From Bacillus cabrialesii (GTDB taxonomy: Bacteria; Bacillota; Bacilli; Bacillales; Bacillaceae), in NCBI RefSeq assembly GCF_004124315.2, contig NZ_CP096889.1, positions 1,348,274 through 1,388,273 of the forward strand: 40,000 bases of DNA, in the 5' to 3' direction. The position numbers and the translations under genes were made by a program. The notes below the pieces were generated by a model. The model was not told the DNA's origin and did not search any database. It was given only the letters and a program-made list of their open reading frames with translations. How positions within the stretch are numbered: the first letter of the stretch is position 1; each line of letters starts with the position of its first letter. This document shows positions 7,515 through 17,693 of the stretch, piece by piece.

Positions 7515-7713
7515 TCCAAAAAAATTGCTGAATATCGATTCCATCACACTGGAGAGCCAGCTGGAGGAGGGGAAAATCCGCGTGATTATAGTGGACGGCA
7601 TCAAGCAGGAAGCATGGATCACAGAAGCGCCGGAGCATGGAAAAACGCTCGTCGAAACGAGAAAGGGCGACCTTGCCCGCGTGGAATTTGAAATCGGCTA
7701 CAAATTAAACTAA
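7507..7713 (+). CDS. xtrA: Small PBSX early protein of unknown function
   Basis: 68 aa. The ATG follows GGGAGGA and overlaps the xkdD stop by 8 nt. Confidence 0.85.
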   Translation: MINPKKLLNIDSITLESQLEEGKIRVIIVDGIKQEAWITEAPEHGKTLVETRKGDLARVEFEIGYKLN

Positions 7714-7749
7714 AGCGAAAACAGAATACGTCCAAGACGGAAAGCCTGC

Positions 7750-7800
7750 GGACACTGATCAACTGCACAGCATTTGTGCGTTGATTGGTGTCCGTTTTTT
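7750..7800 (+). terminator. Strong intrinsic terminator between xtrA and xpf
   Basis: 7750-7769 pairs with 7775-7793 (about 19 bp including 2 G-U pairs, with one bulged T at 7764). The loop is 5 nt and the stem is followed by gTTTTTTaTT. Confidence 0.8.
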
Positions 7801-7827
7801 ATTGCCAAAAATAAGGAGGATCATAGA

Positions 7828-8337
7828 ATGCAAGACTTACTATTTGAATATAAACGCACGCTCAAACAAACAAGAACACAATATAAACCGCTCGCTGAGG
7901 CAGATGAATCCGTGCTTTCAGCTGAAGAGCTGAAGGATAAAAAAATCATCAGAAATATGATTACTGATCTTGAATATGTAACAGAATGGCTTGAAAAAGG
8001 AAGACAGCCCGGCATCAGACGGGCGATTGACCGGCGTGACGCCTACCAGCGGCTGATGATCAAAGACCCGAGAATCATCGAATCATTTTCCAGCGCTATG
8101 ATGTTTGAGCCGGACGGCCAGATATCAGAAGAAGACAGAGAGAGAATCCAAGAAGCGTTATCCCTGTTAACGGACAGAGAAAAAGAAATGTTTTTGCTGC
8201 ACAAGGTAGAATGCTTTTCCTATGAACGGATCGCTGATCTTCTCGGCGTGAAAAAATCCACTGTGCAAACGACCATCAAACGGGCGATCATAAAGATGCA
8301 AAGACAGCAGGCGGAAATGAATCGATCCCTTGCCTGA
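7828..8337 (+). CDS. xpf: Sigma-factor-like positive control factor for late transcription
   Basis: ATG 7828 lies after AAGGAGGA and gives 169 aa. The C-terminal segment LTDREKEMFLLHKVECFSYERIADLLGVKKSTVQTTIKRAIIKM is like a sigma region 4 HTH. Confidence 0.92.
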   Translation: MQDLLFEYKRTLKQTRTQYKPLAEADESVLSAEELKDKKIIRNMITDLEYVTEWLEKGRQPGIRRAIDRRDAYQRLMIKDPRIIESFSSAMMFEPDGQISEEDRERIQEALSLLTDREKEMFLLHKVECFSYERIADLLGVKKSTVQTTIKRAIIKMQRQQAEMNRSLA

Positions 8338-8347
8338 ATGCTTGTCA

Positions 8348-8370
8348 TACGTTTGCCACCTATAAGTGAA
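8348..8370 (+). promoter_or_regulatory. 23-nt motif TACGTTTGCCACCTATAAGTGAA, candidate Xpf-dependent late promoter element
   Basis: Sits in the xpf-xtmA gap, where a late promoter is expected, and is 19/23 identical to 857-879. Confidence 0.5.
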
Positions 8371-8385
8371 TAGAGCATGACACAT

Positions 8386-8414
8386 AAGCGGCTGGCGAGA
8401 TCAGCCGCTTTTAT
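8386..8414 (+). terminator. Terminator-like hairpin downstream of xpf and upstream of xtmA
   Basis: AAGCGGCTG-gcgagat-CAGCCGCTT followed by TTTAT. Perfect 9-bp stem. Confidence 0.7.
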
Positions 8415-8454
8415 GAATAGACATCCATGCTGGAGGTGGCGGTGATGCCGTAGC

Positions 8455-9252
8455 ATGAAAACACAACAGCGCGAACAAGCATTAGCAATCTATCAACAAC
8501 ATCAGGGAAACATCACAAATCGGGCGATCGCGGACATCATCGGCGTTTCCGCGAAAACAATCGGCATCTGGAAGAAACAAGACAAATGGAAAGAGGCCTT
8601 GTTTTCTGAAACCAGAAACGAACAAAAACAGCGCTGCATAGACAATGATGAACTAAATGAACGCCAGCGGCTGTTTTGCTTGTATTACGTCAAAAGCTTC
8701 AATGCCACACAGTCAGCAATCAAAGCGGGCTATTCTCCGGACAGCGCCCATGTGACGGGCAGCAGGCTGTTAAAGAATGAAAAGGTCGCTGCTGAAATCA
8801 GACGCATTAAAAAAGAAATGGTCAATGAAATGTTTATTGAAGCGATGGATGTGCTGCAGGTTTATATCAAGATCGCGTTTGCGGATATTACGGACTATGT
8901 GACCTTCGGAAAAAAAGAGGTCCAGGCTGTCGGAAAATCGGGGCCGCTGTTCGATGAAGATGATAACCCGATTATGAAGGAAATCAGCTTTGTCGATGTC
9001 AAAGACTCCGGGCTCGTTGACGGCACCATTGTGACGGAAGCGAAGCTTGGCAAAGAAGGCATCGCCATTAAGCTCGCCGATAAAATGAAGGCGCTCGAGA
9101 AACTGTCCTTATATTTTGATTTGTTTCCGGATCAATTGAAACAAAAAATTGAAAACGAGAAATTAAAGCTTGCCAAACAAAAAGCGGAGAAAACAGATGA
9201 CAGCCAAGCGCCGATTGAAATCATGATCAAACGAAAAGAGGACAAGCCATGA
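8455..9252 (+). CDS. xtmA: Terminase small subunit
   Basis: 265 aa with an N-terminal HTH ([20 protein letters not shown]) and the terminase-small core [28 protein letters not shown]. Confidence 0.93.
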   Translation: MKTQQREQALAIYQQHQGNITNRAIADIIGVSAKTIGIWKKQDKWKEALFSETRNEQKQRCIDNDELNERQRLFCLYYVKSFNATQSAIKAGYSPDSAHVTGSRLLKNEKVAAEIRRIKKEMVNEMFIEAMDVLQVYIKIAFADITDYVTFGKKEVQAVGKSGPLFDEDDNPIMKEISFVDVKDSGLVDGTIVTEAKLGKEGIAIKLADKMKALEKLSLYFDLFPDQLKQKIENEKLKLAKQKAEKTDDSQAPIEIMIKRKEDKP

Positions 9253-10550
9253 TTGTAAAAGAAATCAACCCTCATTTCGAAGATTACGTGTTCAACTGGG
9301 AGCAGACGTACCAGTTTCTCGTCGGCGGCTACGGCTCATCCAAAAGCTATCATACCGCATTGAAAATCGTGTTAAAGCTGCTGAAGGAAAAACGGACGGC
9401 TCTTGTCATCCGCGAGGTGTTCGATACCCATCGGGATTCGACCTTCGCCTTGTTTCAAGAGGTGATTGAAGAGCTCGGCCTCACAAAGGCTGCGGCATCT
9501 CTTTCTTCCCCGCTGCAGCTGCGGTTTCAAAACGGCAGCCGGATCATGTTTAAAGGAATGGACAATCCTGCGAAATTAAAATCAGTTCATAACATTTCAT
9601 TGATATGGATTGAAGAATGCTCAGAGGTGAAGTATGAAGGCTTTAAGGAATTAATCGGCCGTCTTCGCCACCCTGGGCTGAAGCTTCATATGATCTGCAC
9701 CACCAATCCCGTCGGCACCTCCAACTGGACGTACCGGCATTTTTTTCGGGATGAACGCAATAAACGGTTTGTGCTTGATGACAGCGAACTTTACGAAAAG
9801 CGGACGATTGTGAAGGGAGATACGTATTATCATCATTCCACAGCGAACGATAACCTCTTTCTCCCGAAAAGTTATGTGAAACAGCTTGACGGACTCAAGG
9901 CGTATGATCCTGACCTATACCGGATTGCCCGTAAAGGACGATTTGGCGTCAATGGGATCAGGGTGCTGCCGCAGTTCGAGGTGCTCCCGCATGATCAAGT
10001 AAAAGAACGCATCGCAGCCATCGGCCAGCCGATTCTTCGCACAGGCATGGATTTTGGATTTGAGGAATCCTACAATGCCGTTGTTCGGCTCGCCGTTGAT
10101 CCTGAAAAAAAATATCTCTATATTTATTGGGAGTATTATCAAAACAAAATGACAGATGACAGGACGGCTGAGGAGCTGCGTGAGTTTATTGACACACAGG
10201 AATTGATCAAAGCCGACTCCGCTGAGCCGAAAAGCATCCAATATTTCCGCCAGCAGGGCTTTCGAATGGTCGGAGCCAGAAAGTTTCCCGGCTCCAGGCT
10301 TCAATACACCAAAAAGGTGAAACGATTCAAAAAGATCTTCTGTTCGGACCGCTGTGAAAATGTCATCTATGAACTCAAGACGCTGACGTACGCCAAAGAT
10401 AAAAACGGCGCGCTGATTGAAGATGAATTCACGATTGACCCGCATACGCTATCTGCCATTTGGTATGCGCTTGATGATTATGAAGTGGCTGATATGAAAG
10501 AGACAGCACACAAACGAATCCGGCCGAACCGGGAAAGGAGGAGGTCATAA
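9249..10550 (+). CDS. xtmB: Terminase large subunit
   Basis: 433 aa with an ATGA overlap with xtmA. Walker-A-like GGYGSSKS, with a nuclease half C-terminal to it. Confidence 0.93.
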   Translation: MIVKEINPHFEDYVFNWEQTYQFLVGGYGSSKSYHTALKIVLKLLKEKRTALVIREVFDTHRDSTFALFQEVIEELGLTKAAASLSSPLQLRFQNGSRIMFKGMDNPAKLKSVHNISLIWIEECSEVKYEGFKELIGRLRHPGLKLHMICTTNPVGTSNWTYRHFFRDERNKRFVLDDSELYEKRTIVKGDTYYHHSTANDNLFLPKSYVKQLDGLKAYDPDLYRIARKGRFGVNGIRVLPQFEVLPHDQVKERIAAIGQPILRTGMDFGFEESYNAVVRLAVDPEKKYLYIYWEYYQNKMTDDRTAEELREFIDTQELIKADSAEPKSIQYFRQQGFRMVGARKFPGSRLQYTKKVKRFKKIFCSDRCENVIYELKTLTYAKDKNGALIEDEFTIDPHTLSAIWYALDDYEVADMKETAHKRIRPNRERRRS

Positions 10551-12041
10551 ATGATGCATAATCAAACAGTCAGAGCGACTGTATTCAAAGCCAACGGCGC
10601 CGCTCCTCAGACAAAGCAAATCTATGAAGATGACTTTTCTGAGCTGTACGGAGAGGATATTATCGCACCGCCCTACAACATCATCGAGCTCAAAACCATT
10701 GCAGAATATTCGACGATTCTTCAGCAATGCATTGATGCGTACAGAGTCAACATTACAGGTTTTGGCTTCGATGTTGAGTATACGTTTGATGTCAACGCGA
10801 GCGACGTCGATCAGACGAAAAAGAAAAGAGCGGAAAAAGATTGGTCCAGACTTGAAGCCTTTTATAAATGCCTTCATTTTGACGAATCTGCTGAAATGAT
10901 TTTAGGCTATGCCATCGAAGACAGAGAAAAAACAGGCAACGGCTTTATGGAAGTGCTGCGCGACGGAATGGGAAAACCGGCCGGCATCGAATATTTAGAT
11001 GTGAAAAATATGCGTGTATGCGGAGCCGGGGAGCCTGTCGAAGTATCTTTTATGTATGAAGAAAACGGAAAAATGAAAAGAATCAAACGGCAAAAACGCT
11101 TCCGGAAATTTGTGCAGATGATCAATGGAAAGAAAGTGTTTTTCAAAGAATACGGCGATCCGCGAAACATGGACATGCGCACCGGTGAATATGTGAGCAC
11201 GTTGGCAGAAAAGTACCAAGCAAATGAAGCCATTCACCTCAAAATCGGAAGCGGCGTATACGGCGTGCCCCGCTGGGTTGGCAATATCGTCAATTTATAC
11301 GGAGCGCGAAAAGCGGAAGAGCTCAATTTCATGTATTTTAAGCAGGGCCGTCACGTACCCGCTGCCATCACAGTGGAAAACGGGATGCTGTCGGAAGCTT
11401 CTTACCGGGAGCTGCAAGAGTACATGAATGATCTTGAAGGCGTGGAAAACGCCCATAAATTTCTCCTGATTGAAGCGGAAGGAATCGCAAAAGAGAAGGA
11501 TCTCCACGGGGGCGAGGATATCACGCCGGTGTCCGTGGAAATCAAATCCTTGGCGGAAATTCTCCAAAACGACGCTTTGTTTCTTGAATACGATGAAAAA
11601 AGCAGAAATAAGCTGCGCTCGGCGTTCCGCCTCCCGCCGCTGTATACAGGCGAGGCTCAGGAATACAACCGGGCGACAGCGGATACCGCCAGAAAAATTA
11701 CGGAGGAGCAGGTATTTCAGCCGGAGCGAAAAACGCTCGTAAATAAACTGAACACGCTGCTTTTGCCGGAGCTGAATATCCATGATGTCAGGCTGACATT
11801 AAAAGGACCGGACTTTCGGGATCCCCTTGAGATTGCGAAAGTGCTCGGTCCTTTTATTACAGCCGGAGCGGTCTCGCCGAATGATTTACGCGACCTTGCC
11901 GGACGTGTGCTTGGCAAAACGCTGGAGGAATGGCCTGAGGAAATCTATAAACGGCCCGCAGGACAGGATGCGGAAAAAACAAATCTGACTGCGCTCATGC
12001 AGGAGCTGAAAGAAAGCATCGAAGCGATCAAAACGTCCTGA
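10551..12041 (+). CDS. xkdE: Portal protein
   Basis: 496 aa, immediately after the terminase genes. Synteny with PBSX. Confidence 0.9.
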   Translation: MMHNQTVRATVFKANGAAPQTKQIYEDDFSELYGEDIIAPPYNIIELKTIAEYSTILQQCIDAYRVNITGFGFDVEYTFDVNASDVDQTKKKRAEKDWSRLEAFYKCLHFDESAEMILGYAIEDREKTGNGFMEVLRDGMGKPAGIEYLDVKNMRVCGAGEPVEVSFMYEENGKMKRIKRQKRFRKFVQMINGKKVFFKEYGDPRNMDMRTGEYVSTLAEKYQANEAIHLKIGSGVYGVPRWVGNIVNLYGARKAEELNFMYFKQGRHVPAAITVENGMLSEASYRELQEYMNDLEGVENAHKFLLIEAEGIAKEKDLHGGEDITPVSVEIKSLAEILQNDALFLEYDEKSRNKLRSAFRLPPLYTGEAQEYNRATADTARKITEEQVFQPERKTLVNKLNTLLLPELNIHDVRLTLKGPDFRDPLEIAKVLGPFITAGAVSPNDLRDLAGRVLGKTLEEWPEEIYKRPAGQDAEKTNLTALMQELKESIEAIKTS

Positions 12042-12060
12042 AGGGAGGTGAATCAAGCAG

Positions 12061-12888
12061 GTGGCGCGGGAATTAAGAAATGCCAAAATCAGCTTTGTCA
12101 GTTATGTGGACAAGGCGGCTAACCAGACAGAATTTTTCTTTACGAAGTCAGCCGGACCCCCGGCATTTGAAAAAAAGGTTCGGCTGTTTACCAAAAGTGA
12201 GCAGGATGAACAAAAGCTCGTGTACGGAATCGTGTATGAGCCTGATGTTCCTGATGCCCACGGCGATTTTATGACCGCGGAGGAAATTGAAAAAGCGGCG
12301 CACGGCTTTCTCGCGGAGGCGCGGGAGATTGATATCAATCACAGCTTTGAAGGCGGAACCGGCGTCGTAGTCGAGTCATATGTGGCGCCTGATGATTTTA
12401 TGATCGGGTCAAAGCAGATTACAAAGGGCTCGTGGGTGCTCGTGACAAGAGCGTCTGACGAGGTGTGGGAACAGATTAAGGCCGGCATCATCACCGGCTA
12501 CAGCATGGCGGGCACTGCTGATGTGTATGAAGAAGAACCGGTTGAAAAAGCGGGATTCTTCAGTGTGTTCAAGCAGATGCTGGCTGACAAAACAGGGAAG
12601 GAGACTGAAGAAATGAGAAAAGAAGACATGAGAGAATCATTCGAGCATGCGCTTTACCCTCTGCTCAAACGGCTTGAGCGGATTGAAAAAAACACAGACA
12701 CGGAGGAAAAGCCTGAGCAGACGGGTGATGACGAGCGTCTGAAAAAGCTCGTTGAGGATATGCTTGCCCCGCTTATCGAGCGCATCGAGGCGTTGGAAAA
12801 AGCGCGAGGCGCGTCTAAACAGACAGCGGACGAAACGGGCGGCAATGCAGAGCAAGTCAAAAAATCAATCTGGAGCGGACTGCTGTAA
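12061..12888 (+). CDS. xkdF: Prohead protease-like / scaffold-like protein
   Basis: 275 aa with a GTG start. The C-terminal third is E/K-rich and helical (scaffold-like). Located between portal and capsid. Confidence 0.85.
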   Translation: MARELRNAKISFVSYVDKAANQTEFFFTKSAGPPAFEKKVRLFTKSEQDEQKLVYGIVYEPDVPDAHGDFMTAEEIEKAAHGFLAEAREIDINHSFEGGTGVVVESYVAPDDFMIGSKQITKGSWVLVTRASDEVWEQIKAGIITGYSMAGTADVYEEEPVEKAGFFSVFKQMLADKTGKETEEMRKEDMRESFEHALYPLLKRLERIEKNTDTEEKPEQTGDDERLKKLVEDMLAPLIERIEALEKARGASKQTADETGGNAEQVKKSIWSGLL

Positions 12889-12912
12889 ACCAGTCAAAGA
12901 GGAGGAAATCAA

Positions 12913-13848
12913 TTGAGAAATCAAGATATCATTCGGAAAGCGGAAATGTCGCTTTCTGCTTTAAAAAGCGGCGGATTAATGAACCCTGCGCAAGCGTCGG
13001 CTTTTATCCGCATGGTGCAAAACACGCCGACCATTTTCAGTGAATCCCGCGTGATTCAAATGGAAAATGACTCGCAAAAATTTGAGAAAATCGGCTTCGG
13101 CCAGCGTATTCTGCGGGCTGCTCAAGAAGGAAAAGCACTGTCAAACGACGAGCTGACAGTTCCAACGACAAGCACTGTCCAGCTGAATACGAAGGAAGTC
13201 ATTGCGGAAATCAACATCACGTATGACACACTCGAAAACAACATTGAAAAAGACGGCCTGCAGCAGACGATCATGCAAATTTTAGCCGAGCGCGCAGCCG
13301 TTGATATTGAAGAGCTGATTGTAAACGGTGATACTGCATCAACTGATCCGTATCTGGCGCAGCTGGACGGCATTCGCAAACAAGCGGTGTCCCACATCGT
13401 TGATATGAACGGTGAAGAATTGTCCAGAGCGACATTCAAAAAAGGCTTAAAGGCTGTTCCGCCGAAATATTTGCGCATTCCTCAGGAATTCAGATTCTAT
13501 ACGTCTCACGGCTTAGAAGTTGAATGGAAGGACCGCGTGGCAGACCGCCAGACAAACCTTGGGGACCAGGCTGTTCAGGGCGGCTTATCAACAGCGTTCG
13601 GCGTACCGGTTAAAGGGGTATCCAATATTCAGCCGTACACAGTCGGTGAGGGAGACGCGCAATATGACGCTTCTGATATCATTCTCACACATCCGAAAAA
13701 TATCATTCTCGGCTTCTCCCGCAATATCCGAATTGAAGTCGACAAAGACATCCGCTCCCGTAAATTCATTATTGTCTTAACGGCCAAGCTCGACAGCAAG
13801 TTCGAGGAAGAGGATGCCTGCGCGAAATTAATTAACGTAAAAGAATAA
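12913..13848 (+). CDS. xkdG: Major capsid protein
   Basis: 311 aa with a TTG start after AGAGGAGGAA. Position and size fit a major capsid protein. Confidence 0.9.
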   Translation: MRNQDIIRKAEMSLSALKSGGLMNPAQASAFIRMVQNTPTIFSESRVIQMENDSQKFEKIGFGQRILRAAQEGKALSNDELTVPTTSTVQLNTKEVIAEINITYDTLENNIEKDGLQQTIMQILAERAAVDIEELIVNGDTASTDPYLAQLDGIRKQAVSHIVDMNGEELSRATFKKGLKAVPPKYLRIPQEFRFYTSHGLEVEWKDRVADRQTNLGDQAVQGGLSTAFGVPVKGVSNIQPYTVGEGDAQYDASDIILTHPKNIILGFSRNIRIEVDKDIRSRKFIIVLTAKLDSKFEEEDACAKLINVKE

Positions 13849-13869
13849 TAGAAACGGGGTGGTCAGCTC

Positions 13870-14253
13870 ATGCTCATTGAACCGACTGACGTAGCCTCCT
13901 ATTCGATCTATGATCGAGTGAAAAACAGGCCGGAGGAACTGCTGGCGCGGGATATCATCGAGGCGGAAGCGGAAGCGGCTCTCATCACGGGCCACCGCTT
14001 TGAAGACAGCGTTTATGACCCGCTGCCCGACAAGGCGAAATTGGCTTTAGTAAAGCTTGCCCAGTATTTTGCGCTTGTGAACAGCGATGAATCAGCCTCA
14101 TCAAGCTATCAGTCAGAAAAAATGGGGGATTATTCCTATACGGTTTCCGGAGAAAGCGGCATTCAGCGGCCTGAGGTGTATCATTTGCTCGAAGAGTTTA
14201 TTACGCCGGGCTACGTCCTTGAATCCTCCAGACTGAAGGTGAGGTCTTTATGA
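13870..14253 (+). CDS. Head-tail connector (gp6/YqbG-like) protein
   Basis: 127 aa, following the capsid gene. ATGA overlap with the next gene. Confidence 0.75.
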   Translation: MLIEPTDVASYSIYDRVKNRPEELLARDIIEAEAEAALITGHRFEDSVYDPLPDKAKLALVKLAQYFALVNSDESASSSYQSEKMGDYSYTVSGESGIQRPEVYHLLEEFITPGYVLESSRLKVRSL

Positions 14254-14606
14254 GTTATCAGCAGATGCTCATGCACCGCTGTGACATTTATCATGAGGCT
14301 GCACAAGTGCCGTCTGCTGGCCGGTTCGGCATTCCAGCGGACAAGCTGCAGCCGGTCATTTCATATCCTGACACACCTGATGAACAAGATGTCTCTTGCT
14401 ATTTCACTGAAAAAACGCAGCAGCTGATCCAGAAGGAGCCGGATCAAACTGTATATCACAGCTTTCTCGTCCATTTTCCGTTGTCAGCGGACATCCGCGT
14501 GAACGATAAAGTCATCTGGGAGGATCACGCATATATACTAAAGCTACCGAAAAAGATCAGGCATCATCATTGGGAAGTCATCGCGGTCAGGGATGAAAGC
14601 CTATGA
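14250..14606 (+). CDS. xkdH: Head-closure / head-tail adaptor protein
   Basis: 118 aa, translationally coupled on both sides. Synteny. Confidence 0.85.
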   Translation: MSYQQMLMHRCDIYHEAAQVPSAGRFGIPADKLQPVISYPDTPDEQDVSCYFTEKTQQLIQKEPDQTVYHSFLVHFPLSADIRVNDKVIWEDHAYILKLPKKIRHHHWEVIAVRDESL

Positions 14607-15088
14607 AAATAACGGGACTGAAACAGCTGAATGCCTCATTAAAAGAAGCGGCCTCAGGCGGCTTTTCTCAACAGGCATCCCGTTGGCTTGAGGAGTGCGG
14701 GCAAGATTTTCTGGAGATCGTCCAATCTGAACTCATCAGCACACAAACGATTGATACAGAAAAACTGCTCAGCTCGTTCGAGAAAGGCGCGGAGGACAAT
14801 CTCTGGATTGTGCAAAGCGGCGGGCTTTCGCTTGAAGTGGGCACACAGCTTGATTACGCCTCATTTTTGAATGACGGCCATTGGACGTCAAAAGAAGATG
14901 TGAGGTGGGTGCCGGGGCATTTTCAAGGCTCGCGGTTTATGTATGATCCCGCGGCTTCAACGGGAATGGCGCTCAAGAGAAAATGGATCCCGGGCACGAG
15001 CTACTGGGATCATGCGCTGCTTTTATATGAACAGCTGTTTGAAACATCGCTGGAAAGCAAATTGCGCCAGTGGCTGAAGAAGCTGTAA
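14603..15088 (+). CDS. xkdI: HK97 gp10-like head-tail joining protein
   Basis: 161 aa. Synteny. Confidence 0.85.
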   Translation: MKITGLKQLNASLKEAASGGFSQQASRWLEECGQDFLEIVQSELISTQTIDTEKLLSSFEKGAEDNLWIVQSGGLSLEVGTQLDYASFLNDGHWTSKEDVRWVPGHFQGSRFMYDPAASTGMALKRKWIPGTSYWDHALLLYEQLFETSLESKLRQWLKKL

Positions 15089-15100
15089 AGGAGGAGCAGG

Positions 15101-15541
15101 ATGAACAGCGAAACAGGATCGATCATGGCGTTTTTGTACGGCCAGTGGTCTGTTCCCATTTATGAACGTGAGCTGCCTGATCAGTTTCAGGTGCCGTCGT
15201 TATACGTCCCATCGCCATCTGTTTTCGAGGAAACAGATACGGTCTCCACATTTAAAAAAACCTACAGTCTCAGTGTGAAGCTGTTTCATCATGACTCCGT
15301 TCAGGCGCTGGATGAAGCGGACAGGCTCGCGGATGCCATCAGAGAAGCGAGGAATATGGTTCCGCTGCTCAGTGAATCCGGTGAAAAAACGGGGGATATG
15401 GTTCGCATCACCCGAATTGAGACAAGGGTGGGAGACAGGGGCGAGGCGGTCATGGTGATCAGGTGGAGCAGCCGATATTATTATTACAAAACAGAACAGC
15501 CTGTCTTACAGGATATCGACATGAACAGCGGGGTGAAATAA
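15101..15541 (+). CDS. xkdJ: Tail completion / neck protein
   Basis: 146 aa after AGGAGGAGCAGG. Synteny. Confidence 0.85.
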   Translation: MNSETGSIMAFLYGQWSVPIYERELPDQFQVPSLYVPSPSVFEETDTVSTFKKTYSLSVKLFHHDSVQALDEADRLADAIREARNMVPLLSESGEKTGDMVRITRIETRVGDRGEAVMVIRWSSRYYYYKTEQPVLQDIDMNSGVK

Positions 15542-15544
15542 AGG

Positions 15545-15763
15545 GTGGCAAAGGACAAACAACAGAAGAAGGCTGTACATACAGAGAGCCGGGAAGCTCT
15601 TTTTGATACAGCGGATTTGATTACGCACGCGAAGGAATTGTTCGGCGTTAAGCCGGATATCCTTCAGGGGGCTTTATTTGGCGTGGATCAAACACGTATG
15701 ACGAAATCACAAGCTAAACAATTGATTCAAACATTTCTAACTAAGGAGGTCATGTCATCATGA
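15545..15763 (+). CDS. Small hypothetical late protein (72 aa)
   Basis: GTG start. The stop overlaps the xkdK ATG (ATGA). Basic N-terminus. Confidence 0.65.
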   Translation: MAKDKQQKKAVHTESREALFDTADLITHAKELFGVKPDILQGALFGVDQTRMTKSQAKQLIQTFLTKEVMSS

Positions 15764-17160
15764 ATGGCGGAACATTTACAACAGGTAAAGAAAAAGAACG
15801 TGCAGGCATTTATTTTAACTTTAAAACGACAGCGCAGGAGCGGGTGTCACTCGGTGAACGGGGGACAGTCGCACTTCCGGTCGCATCAAGCTGGGGCGAA
15901 GCAAAAACGTTCGTCTCCATTTCCAGCGTCGAGGATTTAAACAAAAAAGTGGGCCTCAGCATTGATGATCCATCTTTATTGCTTTTGCGTGAAGCGAAGA
16001 AAAATGCGCAAACGGTATTAATGTACCGTCTAACCGAAGGTGTCCGAGCGTCTGCTGATATTGCTGAGGGCGTCAAAGCGACTGCCGTATACGGCGGATC
16101 AAAAGGAAATGACATTATCATCCGAATTAACCCAAATGTGCTTGATAGCGCTGCTTTTGACGTGACAACGTATATGGATGAATCAGAGGTTGATAAACAG
16201 ACCGTCAAAAAGGCTGAAGAATTAAAAGCCAACGGCTATGTCACCTTTACCGGAACAGGCGATCTTTCTTCTACGATTCCGCTCACTGGATCAGAAGGAG
16301 AAACTGCCGCTGAAACGTTGAATGCATCCGCTGGAATCCGTTTATCCGGCGGTACAGATAAAGCCCCTGTCAACTCCGACTATACAGATTTCTTAGCTGC
16401 GGCTGAAACGGAGAACTTTGATGTGATTGTGCTGCCAGTTGCGGAAGGGGATCAGCTGAAGGCGACATTTGCTGCTTTCATTAAGCGTCTGCGCGACGGC
16501 CAAGGACAAAAAGTGCAAGGCGTCACAGCCAATTATGCCGGTGACTATGAAGGCATCATCAACGTAACAGAAGGTGTCCTGCTGGAAGATGGCACGGAAG
16601 TTACACCGGACAAAGCAACGGCTTGGGTAGCTGGTGCGAGCGCAGGAGCAACCTTTAACCAATCACTTACATTCGTAGAGTACGAAGGCGCGGTTGATGT
16701 GCTGCACCGCCTTGACCACGATACGATTGTTGAACGACTGGGCAAAGGTGAATTTTTATTCACATTCGATGCCCGCGATAAATCCGTCAGCGTAGAAAAG
16801 GACATTAACTCACTCGTTACGTTCACAGCTGAGAAAAACAAAAAGTTCGCGAAAAACAAAATCGTCCGTGTCTTGGACGCTGTGAATAATGATTTAACAC
16901 GCGAGCTGAAAGCCTTGATTAAATCGAGAAAAGGCAGCGGAAGCGATATTCCGGCGTCTGAAGACGGACTGCAGTATGTGAAAACGATGATCACACAATA
17001 CATGACAACTCTTCAGGATGCTGGCGGCATCACTGGCTTTGATTCTGATGAAGATATCACCATTTCAATGAATGAAGACCGTGACGGCTTCTTGATTGAC
17101 CTGGCTGTACAGCCTGTCGACGCAGCAGAAAAATTCTACTTTAATGTGGAGGTAAACTAA
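15760..17160 (+). CDS. xkdK: Contractile tail sheath protein
   Basis: 466 aa, upstream of the tube gene. Synteny and size fit a myovirus-type sheath. Confidence 0.92.
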   Translation: MNGGTFTTGKEKERAGIYFNFKTTAQERVSLGERGTVALPVASSWGEAKTFVSISSVEDLNKKVGLSIDDPSLLLLREAKKNAQTVLMYRLTEGVRASADIAEGVKATAVYGGSKGNDIIIRINPNVLDSAAFDVTTYMDESEVDKQTVKKAEELKANGYVTFTGTGDLSSTIPLTGSEGETAAETLNASAGIRLSGGTDKAPVNSDYTDFLAAAETENFDVIVLPVAEGDQLKATFAAFIKRLRDGQGQKVQGVTANYAGDYEGIINVTEGVLLEDGTEVTPDKATAWVAGASAGATFNQSLTFVEYEGAVDVLHRLDHDTIVERLGKGEFLFTFDARDKSVSVEKDINSLVTFTAEKNKKFAKNKIVRVLDAVNNDLTRELKALIKSRKGSGSDIPASEDGLQYVKTMITQYMTTLQDAGGITGFDSDEDITISMNEDRDGFLIDLAVQPVDAAEKFYFNVEVN

Positions 17161-17161
17161 T

Positions 17162-17605
17162 ATGGCATTAAAAGCACAAAACACAATCTCAGGTAAAGAA
17201 GGCCGCTTATTTCTCGATGGCGAGGAAATGGCGCACATCAAAACATTTGAAGCAAACGTCGAGAAAAACAAGTCTGAAGTAAACATTATGGGCCGGCGCA
17301 TGACAGGCCATAAAACAACAGGGGCAAACGGAACCGGGACAGCGACGTTCTATAAAGTCACATCCAAATTCGTGATCCTGATGATGGACTACGTCAAAAA
17401 AGGCAGCGACCCTTACTTCACACTCCAAGCCGTGCTGGACGATAAATCATCCGGACGAGGCACAGAGCGAGTCACGCTGTACGACGTCAACTTTGACTCT
17501 GCCAAAATCGCAAGCCTTGATGTCGATTCAGAAGCGTTAGAAGAAGAAGTGCCATTTACATTCGAAGACTTCGACGTGCCTGAAAAGCTTTCTGACACGT
17601 TTTAA
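17162..17605 (+). CDS. xkdM: Tail tube protein
   Basis: 147 aa, directly after the sheath gene. Confidence 0.9.
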   Translation: MALKAQNTISGKEGRLFLDGEEMAHIKTFEANVEKNKSEVNIMGRRMTGHKTTGANGTGTATFYKVTSKFVILMMDYVKKGSDPYFTLQAVLDDKSSGRGTERVTLYDVNFDSAKIASLDVDSEALEEEVPFTFEDFDVPEKLSDTF

Positions 17606-17627
17606 TCAAAACTGAAATTGCCATACG

Positions 17628-17655
17628 CAGACCTTTCGCAGAAAGGTCTGTTTTT
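17628..17655 (+). terminator. Intrinsic terminator inside the late operon, after the tube gene
   Basis: CAGACCTTTC-gca-GAAAGGTCTG: a perfect 10-bp stem (17628-17637/17641-17650) followed by TTTTT. Confidence 0.8.
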
Positions 17656-17693
17656 CATAATGAGACCAATCAAAAGACAAGGGAGTTTTTTAC

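Noticed and set aside
9915-17003. Other long antisense ORFs within xtmB (9915..10445), xkdE (11295..11783), xkdG (13122..13478) and xkdK (15810..16232, 16545..17003)
   Set aside because: Each is fully nested opposite a strongly supported structural gene. None has a ribosome-binding site, and their composition is typical of the non-coding strand.
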